Notes under the pieces: model-generated
Databases searched by the model: none
What the model was told of the DNA's origin: nothing
Seen by the model: only the letters and a program-made list of their open reading frames with translations
Position numbers and translations under genes: made by a program
Source: a virus
DNA length: 64,000 bases
Virus record (IMG/VR): IMGVR_UViG_3300042904_000405
Span: 1 to 64,000 of that record
Strand: one strand, 5' to 3'
Part shown: positions 49,151 to 58,584 of the stretch, in pieces
How positions within the stretch are numbered: position 1 is the stretch's first letter
How the letters are laid out: every line of letters starts with the position of its first letter

Positions 49151-49770
49151 CCGAGGAAGAGGCCCTGAAGGTGCTCACGCCGCTGGCGGTGGCGTTCCCA
49201 TTCGGGGATGACCAGGTCGAGCTGTGGGTGGAGAAGCTCCGATCGCTGTCGAATGCGTTCATCGCGATGAAGACGACGAACTCACTCATCGACGAGCACG
49301 AGGGATTGCGCGCCCCGGCGTGGGCAGTGTTCAAGAAGCAGTACGACCGGTTCCATGCGCGGTGGGAGGAGGAGGAATCCGAGCGCCGCCTGGCCCTGGA
49401 GGCGCCGCAGGGGCGTCTCGCCGGGATGATCTCACCCAAGGAGGGCCGTCAGATCGCCGCCGCGGCCTACGCCAAGCAGTACAAGCGCAAGCCGCCGGCG
49501 AACATCTTCGACCTGCCGGACCCCGAGTTCGTCCCGAGGGCCACATCGGAGGAAGTCGAGACCGCCCTGCAGGTGATCCGCGGGGGCTATGACCACGACG
49601 GGATGACGTTCAGCAAGTACACCGACGTGCTCAAGGCCTTCGACGGCCACCAGCTCACGGCGCGCGCCGCCGTCAAGACACTGGAGGACTCCCGGCAGCT
49701 CGTCCATCGGCCCGATGGCACGCTGATCCTGCTGCGGGTGCGTACGATCGCGGGGGATGAGCGCAGTTGA
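49147..49770 (+). CDS. Helicase loader/inhibitor-like protein
   Basis: MTEEEALKVL..LAVAFP....VELW...L follows the initiator (G39P/P-like position and pattern). Confidence 0.55.
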   Translation: MTEEEALKVLTPLAVAFPFGDDQVELWVEKLRSLSNAFIAMKTTNSLIDEHEGLRAPAWAVFKKQYDRFHARWEEEESERRLALEAPQGRLAGMISPKEGRQIAAAAYAKQYKRKPPANIFDLPDPEFVPRATSEEVETALQVIRGGYDHDGMTFSKYTDVLKAFDGHQLTARAAVKTLEDSRQLVHRPDGTLILLRVRTIAGDERS

Positions 49771-50260
49771 GGTCGTCGGCTACCGGATCTGCGCCTCTGG
49801 GGTGTGTGATCGGCTCGTTCTGGAACATGTTGCGGTCCGATCGGGCGGATACTGCCCCGATTGCTGCTCCCGAGGGGTCGCAGAGGCCGCCAAGACCGTC
49901 CTCGTCGCCCTCGAGGGGGGTCGATACCCCGTCAAGTCCGCCAAGCCCGCCCAGACAGCCCGGAATCGGCGTCAGTACCTCCGTCGGAAGGCGGATCCGC
50001 GTCGAATCGAGGCGCGCAAAGCGCAGGAGAAGGCGAAACGGGCTGCGATGAGGCGGTTGCGGGCGTTCTGCCCCGAGTTGTACGACCTACTGCTCGCCGA
50101 TGAGCGAATGAAGCGGGGATTGGACCCGTTCCCCCTCGAAACGGCCGTTCTGCCGGGATCAGGGGTCGACGGCTGGGAGACGATGGACGCCACGGCGTTC
50201 TACCATGCGCTGGCGCGTCAGGAGCAGCAAACCGATGGCCCTTCCGAACCCACGCCGTAG
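49757..50260 (+). CDS. Basic Zn-finger hypothetical protein
   Basis: CASGVC..CPDC; Arg-rich helix. Confidence 0.55.
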   Translation: MSAVEVVGYRICASGVCDRLVLEHVAVRSGGYCPDCCSRGVAEAAKTVLVALEGGRYPVKSAKPAQTARNRRQYLRRKADPRRIEARKAQEKAKRAAMRRLRAFCPELYDLLLADERMKRGLDPFPLETAVLPGSGVDGWETMDATAFYHALARQEQQTDGPSEPTP

Positions 50261-51791
50261 CACGGCGACTCTCACACGCCCAACCGGGCAAGAGTCGACG
50301 TACGCGGCGCGTGAGATCAGGATCTCCGACCCGAACGAGGCCAGGTACCTCCACACGCTCGTTTCGGCCACGAAGAACCACTTCGGCTCGTCGCACAACC
50401 CGTGGGACTGGTTCGAGAAGCTCGGCGAGGTCCACTACGCCGTTGCTCGCGCTGCTCGCATCGCCGGCTACACCGAGCTGTTCGCCGAGTACGAGCAGAA
50501 GCCCGGGGTCTGGGTCCGTCGGGACACCGGACGCGAGGCGGCCATCGTCGACGGGATCTACTCGCCGTTCGGCGGCGTGCGAGGCCTGATCTCGCGCTAC
50601 TTCACGCTGATGAAGGTTCCCGCCGACTCTCACCTGATCCGGGTCAAGAACGGCGGCGTCTACGACGGCTACCACTTCATGTCGGTCGATGAGATCGATC
50701 AGGCGAGCCTGGACGAGGGAGCACGCAGGACGGGGGGCGCGACCGAGTTCAGGTGGCGCACCCTGCCGATCTCCGACGAGGGCAACACCAGCCTGCGCAC
50801 CGTCGCCGCCGAGGACTACCTCGGCCGGGTGTGGGCCCCGTCTGACCGCTGGGTCGACCTCCCGGACTCCCCGCTGTTCGCCCTCGACACCGAATGCGAA
50901 GTCCTGCACCTGTCGACGCTCTCGCTCCGGGCGAAGCTGGCCTCCCGCTTCGCTTCGGCGGGGATCCTGTTCATCCCGCAGTCGATGCGCTCGGCGGCGT
51001 GGGCGCACCCCGACAACGGGGTCAACGAAGGCGTCTCCGACGCGGCCAGGATCGACGACGTCCTCGACTCGCTGATCAAGAGCATGACTCGCAACCAGCT
51101 CGACTACGAGTCGGCGAAGTTCTGGCTGCCGCTGTTGGTCTCCGGCCCCGACGACGTCGGCGAGAAGATCAAGCACATCCTCATCGACAGCGAGGTGTTC
51201 GAGACCGATCTCTCGCTGCGCCGGGAGATGATCGATCGCATCTTCACCGGCCTCGACATCCAGGCCAACGCGACGAAGGGCGTCGGCGAGGAATCGTCCC
51301 GCTTCAACGCCTGGTCGGTATCCGACGACGAGCTGCGCCTCGTGGCCAAGCCCGACGTCGAAGCTGCGTGCTGGGCGTTCACCCGCCTCATCCTGCACAA
51401 GCAGCTCAAGGAGGCTGGCGTCGACGACGCGCAGATCGTGAAGTGGCGCGTCGGGTTCGACATGAACCGCGCCGCATCGAAGACGAACCAGCAGGACGAC
51501 GCCCGCCAGATCGAGGACCGCGGCGGCCTGAAGCTGGCGACGCTGCGCTCGGTCAGTGGCTTCGACGAAGACGATGCGCCCGAGGAGCAGGAGCAGATCC
51601 GCTGGATGGGCCGCCAGACGCGCAACCCGTACCTCGGCCTGTTCACCGGCAAGAAGATCAGCGAGATCGACTGGGACATGGTCCTGAAGTTCTCAGGCAA
51701 GAGCGGCCCGACCGGCAAGGCGGGCGACGACCCCACGAAGGGTCCGGGAGTCGGTAACCCGGGCAGCCCAGACACCCCACCGGAGGACTGA
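50235..51791 (+). CDS. Portal protein
   Basis: 518 aa; W.WFEKLGEVHYA, ASRFASAGILFIP, LRREMIDRI..GLD, N.WSV motifs; upstream of protease and capsid. Confidence 0.85.
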   Translation: MALPNPRRSTATLTRPTGQESTYAAREIRISDPNEARYLHTLVSATKNHFGSSHNPWDWFEKLGEVHYAVARAARIAGYTELFAEYEQKPGVWVRRDTGREAAIVDGIYSPFGGVRGLISRYFTLMKVPADSHLIRVKNGGVYDGYHFMSVDEIDQASLDEGARRTGGATEFRWRTLPISDEGNTSLRTVAAEDYLGRVWAPSDRWVDLPDSPLFALDTECEVLHLSTLSLRAKLASRFASAGILFIPQSMRSAAWAHPDNGVNEGVSDAARIDDVLDSLIKSMTRNQLDYESAKFWLPLLVSGPDDVGEKIKHILIDSEVFETDLSLRREMIDRIFTGLDIQANATKGVGEESSRFNAWSVSDDELRLVAKPDVEAACWAFTRLILHKQLKEAGVDDAQIVKWRVGFDMNRAASKTNQQDDARQIEDRGGLKLATLRSVSGFDEDDAPEEQEQIRWMGRQTRNPYLGLFTGKKISEIDWDMVLKFSGKSGPTGKAGDDPTKGPGVGNPGSPDTPPED

Positions 51792-53242
51792 TGATCACCA
51801 CCTACGGCGCACGCGTCATGGACAAGCCCAAGGGCATGCTGCGCGCCTTCAAGATCAACGACCTGGTGCGGCTCGACGAAGAGACCGGCGACGGTCGTCT
51901 ACTGCGCTCGAGCGGCGCCGGCGTGCGCCACCTGCCGCGGACGGTGTTCGGCGGCTTCTTCGAAGGCGAGGCACACGGTCGGAACGTCATCATCGGCCGG
52001 CTCGACGCCGTGGAGTTCGACCCGGACAACAACACGGCCACGGGGTGGGGCTGGCTCATCGACGACGAGAACGGCCGCCAGGCGGCGCGCTACATCGACG
52101 CCAAGGCGATGACCGGCAACTCGATCCACATGGCTGAGATCGAAGTGACGATCGAGTGGAAGTCCGACGACCCCAACGACCCCGACTTCATGGAGTACAC
52201 GGTCGTCTTCGAGAAGTGGTCCGTCGCCTCCACCACGATGCTCGGCATCCCTGCGTTCAAGGACTCCCAGTTTGAGCTGGAGCCCGAGGTGCTCGCCTCG
52301 CTCTATGAGTCCGACAACCCCCTGGAGATCGACGGCGGCTTCACGGTCACGTATGACCTGAAGTTCGACGTCCCCCAGCGCGAAGAGATCACGGCATCCG
52401 GCGAGCCCCGCCCGCCGTGGGAGTACTTCCACCGCGCCGAGGACAGCAAGCCGACCCCGATCACCGTCGGCGAGATGGACGGCGACGGCTGGGTCCCGGT
52501 CTACGGCAACCTGGCCCGTTGGAACGTCTGCCACGACGGCATCGATGCCCGATGTGTCATCGCCCCGTACGACCCGACCGAGTACTCCAGCTTCAACTGC
52601 TCCAGCGTGCTGACGAGTCGCGGCAACGTCCCGACCGGTCCGATCTTCTTCCAGGGCGGCCACCCCGACAAGCCGCTCGGCCACGGTGACGTGGCGAAGG
52701 CCTACGGCGGGATCGAGAACGCCTGGGCCGACGTGCGCGTCACGCACGGCGTCCACGGCCCGTGGATCTCCGGCGTCGTGCGCCCCGGCGTCACCAGCGC
52801 CAGTGTCTACGCGGCCCGCGCCTCGCGGATCTCCGGCCACTGGATGGGCGACGGTCGGCTGAAGGCGATCGTCTCCTGCAACGTGCCGGGCTACGACGTG
52901 CCCGGATCCAAGGTCTACACCGACGGCAACGGCGCTGTGCTCGAGGTCGTCGCCTCGTTCGTGCCGGACTGCCAGACGGAAGCGCCCGACGCGCCGGCCT
53001 TGAACACCAACTCGTACAACATGAACATCGATCCGCTGCTGACGTTCGACTTCATGACCCCCGAGGCCCGCTCTGACTTCGCCCGCCGCCTCGTGATGAT
53101 GAACAACGGGACGTTCGCTCAGACGCCGGTCGACAACACGCCCGTCGTCCAGGACGTGCTGGGCAAGCTGGAGGCCGTCGACGACCTCCTTCTGGATCTG
53201 GAGCTGGAAGCCGAAGAGGACGCCGACCGCGGTCTCGTTTGA
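51791..53242 (+). CDS. Capsid maturation protease/prohead core protein
   Basis: ETGDGR, H...IIGRLD, T..GIPAF; C-terminal G.VYGNLA.W.VCH..ADVRV..G.WISG..SGHW..NVPGY; between portal and capsid. Confidence 0.75.
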   Translation: MITTYGARVMDKPKGMLRAFKINDLVRLDEETGDGRLLRSSGAGVRHLPRTVFGGFFEGEAHGRNVIIGRLDAVEFDPDNNTATGWGWLIDDENGRQAARYIDAKAMTGNSIHMAEIEVTIEWKSDDPNDPDFMEYTVVFEKWSVASTTMLGIPAFKDSQFELEPEVLASLYESDNPLEIDGGFTVTYDLKFDVPQREEITASGEPRPPWEYFHRAEDSKPTPITVGEMDGDGWVPVYGNLARWNVCHDGIDARCVIAPYDPTEYSSFNCSSVLTSRGNVPTGPIFFQGGHPDKPLGHGDVAKAYGGIENAWADVRVTHGVHGPWISGVVRPGVTSASVYAARASRISGHWMGDGRLKAIVSCNVPGYDVPGSKVYTDGNGAVLEVVASFVPDCQTEAPDAPALNTNSYNMNIDPLLTFDFMTPEARSDFARRLVMMNNGTFAQTPVDNTPVVQDVLGKLEAVDDLLLDLELEAEEDADRGLV

Positions 53243-53308
53243 CCAAAGCGGGATGCTGCCAGCAGCATGGCCTGCAGCATTCATCCAGAGCGTCCAGGAG
53301 GGCCTCGT

Positions 53309-54952
53309 ATGTTCCAGCTCCCCGAGGATCTGACGAGCCTCGATCGTGCGGCGCTCAGCGCGCTGCTCGCCACCCTGCGCTCGGACTTCCGCACCGAACT
53401 CTCCCGCAAGCGCGGCGAGGACGAGGGTGCGCTCGACCGCAGCGCGTTGCAGGCCGAGTACACCGAGGCCCGCGAGACCGTGCTCTCAATGATCGCCACC
53501 TTCGACGAGGTCGATCCGGCCGATGCGCCCGAGCCGCCCGCGGTCCCCGCGGACGACGAGGTCGTCGATCCCCCAGCCGCCCCCGAGGAAGAGGAAGTCG
53601 ATCCCCCGGTTGAGCCGGAGCCCGACGACGAGGCAGCCGTCTCCACGAAGCCGGTCGTCACCACGACGGGCCTCGCCACCACGCCCACCAACGTCGCCGA
53701 GCGCCGCTCGGAGGCTGAGGTCTTCAAGGCGCTGGCGACGGTCGCCGGCAAGAAGCAGGGCGAGCGGTTCTCCAGCTGGGCCGAGGCAGGCGCCGCCCTC
53801 ATGGCGATGGCCGCCGACACCCGTGGTTCGGGCATGAAGCACTACGTCGGCTCGGCCGCCGCGCAGATCCCGGACATCATGAAGCTCGACGAGGGCAAGG
53901 GCGGGATGGCCCGCATCGGCGACAACCTCAAGCTCATGGAGCAGGACGAGGTCACCGCCGCCCTCTGTGCCCCGCTGCCGACGGTCTACGGCCTCGCCTG
54001 CGACAACGTGACCCGGCGTCCGGTCAAGGGCTCGCTGCGCACCTACCAGGCGCCCCGTGGCGGCGTGCAGATCATGTCCTCGCCGACGCTCGAGGACATC
54101 AAGACCGGCTTCGGCATCTGGGACCGCGACGACGACGCGAACCCGGCCGCCACCAAGGAAGCCTGCCAGACCATCAAGTGCAACACGCCGTCGAGCTACT
54201 ACATGTACGCGGTCTACCGCTGCATGACGGTGAAGAACATGCTCGCCGCGACGTACCCGGAGCTGGTCGAAGCGTGGCTGAACCGCCTGCAGGCCCGCTG
54301 GGCCCGCATGGCAGAGGTGCAGCTGCTGGAGGCGATGGCCGTCGACACGACCGTCGTTGAGGCTCACACGCTCGGCTACAACGCCAGCACGAGCATCATC
54401 ACGAACCTCCTCAACTACCTGGCCCTGTACCAGGAGCTGCAGCGCTGGGACGTGCCGTCGTTCGAGGCGTGGATCCCGCGCTGGGCGCTGTACGCCATCA
54501 AGGCCGACATGATGCGGCGCCGCCGCACCGACGGCTCCTTCGCTGGGGTCCCGTCCGACGCTCAGGTCAACGCCCTGTTCACCTCGGTCGGCGTCACGCC
54601 GCACTGGTTCATCGACACGCCGTCGTGGGCGACGCCGATCCCGAAGTTCCAGGTGACGGGCCGCCTCGGCCAGTTCACCCGCAACCTCGAGATCCTCATC
54701 GCCCCGACCAACAAGTTCGCCGTCATCGACCGCGGCGAGCTGAACTTCGGCGTCAACAACGTGATGCGCGACAACACGTCGCTCTCGAAGAACGAGTACA
54801 CGCTCTTCTACGAGAACTACGAGGGCATCGTGAACACGACGTCGTGCCCGGCGCACGTCCTCGAGTTCAACAACCTCTGCTTCAACGGCCAGCAGATCGC
54901 CGACGTCGTCCTCAACTGCGAGGGCTACGACGAGGTCGGCGCCGCCTCCTGA
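53309..54952 (+). CDS. Major capsid protein with N-terminal acidic scaffold-like extension
   Basis: SD AGGAGG; strongest codon bias; LCAP..VY, RGG, YPELV..W; followed by hairpin. Confidence 0.85.
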   Translation: MFQLPEDLTSLDRAALSALLATLRSDFRTELSRKRGEDEGALDRSALQAEYTEARETVLSMIATFDEVDPADAPEPPAVPADDEVVDPPAAPEEEEVDPPVEPEPDDEAAVSTKPVVTTTGLATTPTNVAERRSEAEVFKALATVAGKKQGERFSSWAEAGAALMAMAADTRGSGMKHYVGSAAAQIPDIMKLDEGKGGMARIGDNLKLMEQDEVTAALCAPLPTVYGLACDNVTRRPVKGSLRTYQAPRGGVQIMSSPTLEDIKTGFGIWDRDDDANPAATKEACQTIKCNTPSSYYMYAVYRCMTVKNMLAATYPELVEAWLNRLQARWARMAEVQLLEAMAVDTTVVEAHTLGYNASTSIITNLLNYLALYQELQRWDVPSFEAWIPRWALYAIKADMMRRRRTDGSFAGVPSDAQVNALFTSVGVTPHWFIDTPSWATPIPKFQVTGRLGQFTRNLEILIAPTNKFAVIDRGELNFGVNNVMRDNTSLSKNEYTLFYENYEGIVNTTSCPAHVLEFNNLCFNGQQIADVVLNCEGYDEVGAAS

Positions 54953-54980
54953 CCAGGAGCAACCCGAACACCCCGTGAGA

Positions 54981-55010
54981 GAGGGCCCGGTCCGAGAGGG
55001 CCGGGCCCTC
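54981..55010 (+). terminator. Hairpin with GAGA tetraloop after capsid gene
   Basis: GAGGGCCCGGTCC-GAGA-GGGCCGGGCCCTC; no U-tract (common in actinobacteria). Confidence 0.7.
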
Positions 55011-55029
55011 GCTGTGAGAGGATGACCGC

Positions 55030-55890
55030 ATGCCTGTGCTCGCCCCCCAGATCCAGTCCCTCCCGATCCCGGAGCCCCTCCCGATCGGACAGGCGGTCGA
55101 CCTGTACTCCATGCTGCCGCTGGAATGGGTGCAGGGGCCGGATTCGAACTCGGACCGCTGGCTCGCCGGCGTCACGTTCGTGCCGCGCGGTATCTCCACC
55201 TCGGTCAACCTGACGCCGCTCGAGGACCCGTGCATCACTCTGGAGAACAGCTTCGGCACGGTGCAGGGCTTCGAAGCCCCCGCCACGTTCCTGCCGTTCC
55301 GGGTCGAGAACGCCATCACGTGCTCGGCGCTGGGTGGCTTCACGCAGAACGAGCTGGAGCAGTGGATCCTGGACGAGACCCGCTCGGTGGAGTCCTTCGA
55401 TCTCGCCAAGCAGGTGTGGGGCCTCGGCGGCCCGAACCTCGACCTGCGTGACCAGGCGGACGTGATCACCACGGGTGACGTCACGCCGCTGGGTGCGCTG
55501 TCCGCTGTCGTCGGCGGCCTCGATCGTCGCCTCAAGGGGCGCCGCGGCCTGATCCACATGTCGACGGCGATGCTGGTGCGTGTGGTGGCAGCCGGGGCGG
55601 TCACCTTCCGCAACGGCCAGTACGAGACCGCTGGCGGCCACCGGATCGTCGCCGACGCCGGCTACGACGGGTCGGCCCCCGCTGGGCAGATCCTGGGGCA
55701 GTCCTGGATCTACGGCTCCGGGCCGGTCTACTACCGCATGTCGCCGCCCGAGGCGCCGGGCCTGTGGTGGGAGTCGTTCAAGCGCTCGCACAACGACTTC
55801 GTCGCCCAGGTCGTGCGCTACGGGCTCTTTGCCTTCGATCCAGCCTTCGTCGTCGGCGCCAGGTCTGACGTCGCCACCAGCATCGCCTGA
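55030..55890 (+). CDS. Minor capsid/head-associated protein
   Basis: RWLAGVTF, PF.V....TCS, GLIHM, GH.IVADAGY.G, WIYGSGPV; follows capsid. Confidence 0.65.
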   Translation: MPVLAPQIQSLPIPEPLPIGQAVDLYSMLPLEWVQGPDSNSDRWLAGVTFVPRGISTSVNLTPLEDPCITLENSFGTVQGFEAPATFLPFRVENAITCSALGGFTQNELEQWILDETRSVESFDLAKQVWGLGGPNLDLRDQADVITTGDVTPLGALSAVVGGLDRRLKGRRGLIHMSTAMLVRVVAAGAVTFRNGQYETAGGHRIVADAGYDGSAPAGQILGQSWIYGSGPVYYRMSPPEAPGLWWESFKRSHNDFVAQVVRYGLFAFDPAFVVGARSDVATSIA

Positions 55891-55932
55891 TCGCTCCTTG
55901 CCGCCGGCGAGCTGAAGACATAGCATGCCCCC

Positions 55933-56925
55933 GTGGCATCCATCGCGTACATCGGCAACTTCGGCCCGCCCCACTCCACGGAGAACGACGTCCTCCGCAC
56001 TCTGACGGACATGGGCCACGACGTGACGCGGTACCAGGAGAACGAGATCGGCGAGTGGGAGAGGCTTGTTGAGGCCCTGCGCGAAGAGGGCCCACTCCCC
56101 GACCTGATCCTCTGGACGTCGACGCACGACTACGCCGAGAAGGTCGGCCACGAGATCCAGCGGCACATGCAGTGGCTCGCCCGGATCCAGGGTGTGCCGA
56201 CGATGGGCTTCCACCTCGACCGCTGGTGGGGGCTGCAGCGCTGGAAGCGGGTGCTGTCCCAGCCGTTCTTCCGCTGCGACTACGTCCTCACCGCTGACGG
56301 CGGCCACCAGGCCGAGTTCGGGGCGGCGGACGTCAACCACCACTGGTCCCCGCCAGCCATCGCCCCGCACAACTGCGTCCGCGGCGAGTACCGGCCCGAG
56401 TTCGACTTCGACATCGTGTTCGTCGGCTCCTGGCAGGGCGGATACCACGAGGAGTGGCAGCACCGCCCCCAGCTGATTAAGCACCTGCAGCGCAAGTGGG
56501 GCGACCGCGTTGCGTTCTTCCCAGGGGCGCGCCAAGGCGCCATCCGCGGCCAGGGCCTCGCCGATCTCTACGCCTCGGCCAAGGTGGTGGTCGGTGACAG
56601 CTGCCTCGTCCCGAAGTCGGACGGCTCCCCGATGACGCACTACTGCAGCGACCGCGTCTTTGAGACGATCGGGCGCGGCGGCCTGCTACTCCATCCGTTC
56701 GTTCCTGGGGTCCTCGGCACGATGGACACCGACCTCGTTCAGGGCGGTGTCCATGCTCTCGGGTGGGATCTCGGCCACTGGGATCAGCTGGACTCTCTGA
56801 TCACGTACTACCTCGATGAGCCCACCGCAGCGGAGGACATCCGCCGCACCGGCTACCTCCACGTCTGGGCCAACCACACCTATGCCAACCGCTTGGACTG
56901 GGCTCTCGGACTGGTGGGGCTGTAA
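55933..56925 (+). CDS. Glycosyltransferase (GT-B, CgeB/YkvP-like)
   Basis: DIVFVGS...YH..RPQL, LADLYASAKVVVGD, SDRVFE..GRGG, HTY.NR. Confidence 0.85.
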   Translation: MASIAYIGNFGPPHSTENDVLRTLTDMGHDVTRYQENEIGEWERLVEALREEGPLPDLILWTSTHDYAEKVGHEIQRHMQWLARIQGVPTMGFHLDRWWGLQRWKRVLSQPFFRCDYVLTADGGHQAEFGAADVNHHWSPPAIAPHNCVRGEYRPEFDFDIVFVGSWQGGYHEEWQHRPQLIKHLQRKWGDRVAFFPGARQGAIRGQGLADLYASAKVVVGDSCLVPKSDGSPMTHYCSDRVFETIGRGGLLLHPFVPGVLGTMDTDLVQGGVHALGWDLGHWDQLDSLITYYLDEPTAAEDIRRTGYLHVWANHTYANRLDWALGLVGL

Positions 56926-57125
56926 TGGGCGCCACCTATGAGTTCGCCAGCTACGACGACCCCGAGACCGACCTTCACGTGTCGCGCGGCAAGCTCGACC
57001 CAGCAGGCACCACCCATCCACCGCAGTGGGGGAAGCCCTACCACCAGGACATGGGGTTCTGGGTGAAGGATTGCCTCCACCCGAACTGCGAACTGTTCAT
57101 CAAGGCAGAGAGGCCCCAGCCATGA
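56925..57125 (+). CDS. Small hypothetical protein
   Basis: TAATG and ATGA coupling. Confidence 0.55.
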   Translation: MGATYEFASYDDPETDLHVSRGKLDPAGTTHPPQWGKPYHQDMGFWVKDCLHPNCELFIKAERPQP

Positions 57126-57838
57126 GACGCGAGAACATCCTCGGCTTCGACATCGTCGTGCCGGACTCGGTAGCCGACTGGGATGCCGTGCGCGGCCCTG
57201 ACTCACCGTGGGAGCGCGAGCGCATCAAGTCGATGCTCAGCATCCTGCGCCGCGGCGACGTCCTCTACGACATCGGCGCCGAGCACGGGTGGATGTCGGT
57301 CATCTTCGGCTTGCACGTCGGCGGCGAGAACATGGTGCTCGTCGAGCCGTCGCAGGACTTCTGGCCGAACATCAAGATGGGCTGGGACGAGAACGGGCTC
57401 CACATGCCGCTCGCCACCGCCCAGGCCTTCGCAGGTGATGCCTCCGAAGGCGACATCTACGTCCGCTCGTGGACCCCGTTCATCGATGGCCCCGAGTGCC
57501 CGGCCATGGCGTACCGTCATCCGAACAACCACGCCGACTCGATCAAGACGGTGTCGATCGATCAGCTGTCCCTCGCCACGGGGAAGCCGCCGAAGGGCAT
57601 CACGATCGACGTCGAAGGCGCCGAGCTGGGCGTCCTGAAGGGCGCCGAGCGCACTCTCGTCGGCGATCGGCCCAACGTGTGGGTCTCAGTCCACGAGGAT
57701 CTGATGATCCGCGACTTCGGCACCACCCCCCAGGAGCTGGTCTCCTACATGGAGGGTCTCAACTTCAGGCTGTACAACCTCGGCTACGACCACGAGCAGC
57801 ACATGTACTTCCAGCCCGCGGAGTGGCGGCCGCGGTGA
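57122..57838 (+). CDS. FkbM-family SAM methyltransferase
   Basis: LYDIGAEHGW, VEP, ITIDVEGAELGVLKGA, VSVH. Confidence 0.9.
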   Translation: MRRENILGFDIVVPDSVADWDAVRGPDSPWERERIKSMLSILRRGDVLYDIGAEHGWMSVIFGLHVGGENMVLVEPSQDFWPNIKMGWDENGLHMPLATAQAFAGDASEGDIYVRSWTPFIDGPECPAMAYRHPNNHADSIKTVSIDQLSLATGKPPKGITIDVEGAELGVLKGAERTLVGDRPNVWVSVHEDLMIRDFGTTPQELVSYMEGLNFRLYNLGYDHEQHMYFQPAEWRPR

Positions 57839-58584
57839 GCCGGCGCAAGGTGAACCTGGCCGAGGCGCATTACTTCCCCGACCTGACGCCGATCCCGACG
57901 CGGCTGCATAAGATCTTCGACCTCGAGTTCCACGACGACATCGCGGTCGACGAGAACTGGACCGTGGGCGACTGCATCCAGAAGCTCGGCGTGTGGGAGC
58001 CGGTCGAGACGGCTGTCCTTTCCTCGGCGTTCGCGGGCAACCCGGAGTCCACCTTCGTCGACATCGGCTGCCACATCGGCTGGTACACGGTGATCGCCCG
58101 GCAGTGGGGCCTCGCCGTGGTTGCGATCGATGCCAACGAGCAGAACCTGAAGCTGCTGGAGAAGCGCCACGACCGGCACATCTACAGGTTCCACGAGTGG
58201 ATCGACAAGGGTTGGGACCCGGACATCATGTGGCCCGAGCCGTGCATCGTGAAGATGGACATCGAAGGCACCGAGCAGCACGCCGTCAACGCCATGTGGG
58301 ACCTGTTCAGCGTCGGCACCGTCACCCACGCCCTGATCGAGTGCAGCCCGGTCTTCAACGACAGCTATCCGAAGCTGCTCGAGCGGCTTATCGGCGTCGG
58401 CTACGAATGCTGGATCCTTCCGCCGAAGCGCGAGGATCCAGCACCGATGGACGACACCAGGCTGTGGCTGGAGACTGAGTGCCTGCCCCTCCAGGCGCTG
58501 GGGCCGGTCACGCGCTCGGACTGGGTCAAGGACCAGCACCAGTTCAACGCCGTCATCTGCAAGGAGGACTCCAAGTGGGGGTGA
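57835..58584 (+). CDS. FkbM-family SAM methyltransferase
   Basis: GVWEPVET, FVDIGCHIGWY, VKMDIEGTE, IECSP. Confidence 0.88.
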   Translation: MSRRKVNLAEAHYFPDLTPIPTRLHKIFDLEFHDDIAVDENWTVGDCIQKLGVWEPVETAVLSSAFAGNPESTFVDIGCHIGWYTVIARQWGLAVVAIDANEQNLKLLEKRHDRHIYRFHEWIDKGWDPDIMWPEPCIVKMDIEGTEQHAVNAMWDLFSVGTVTHALIECSPVFNDSYPKLLERLIGVGYECWILPPKREDPAPMDDTRLWLETECLPLQALGPVTRSDWVKDQHQFNAVICKEDSKWG

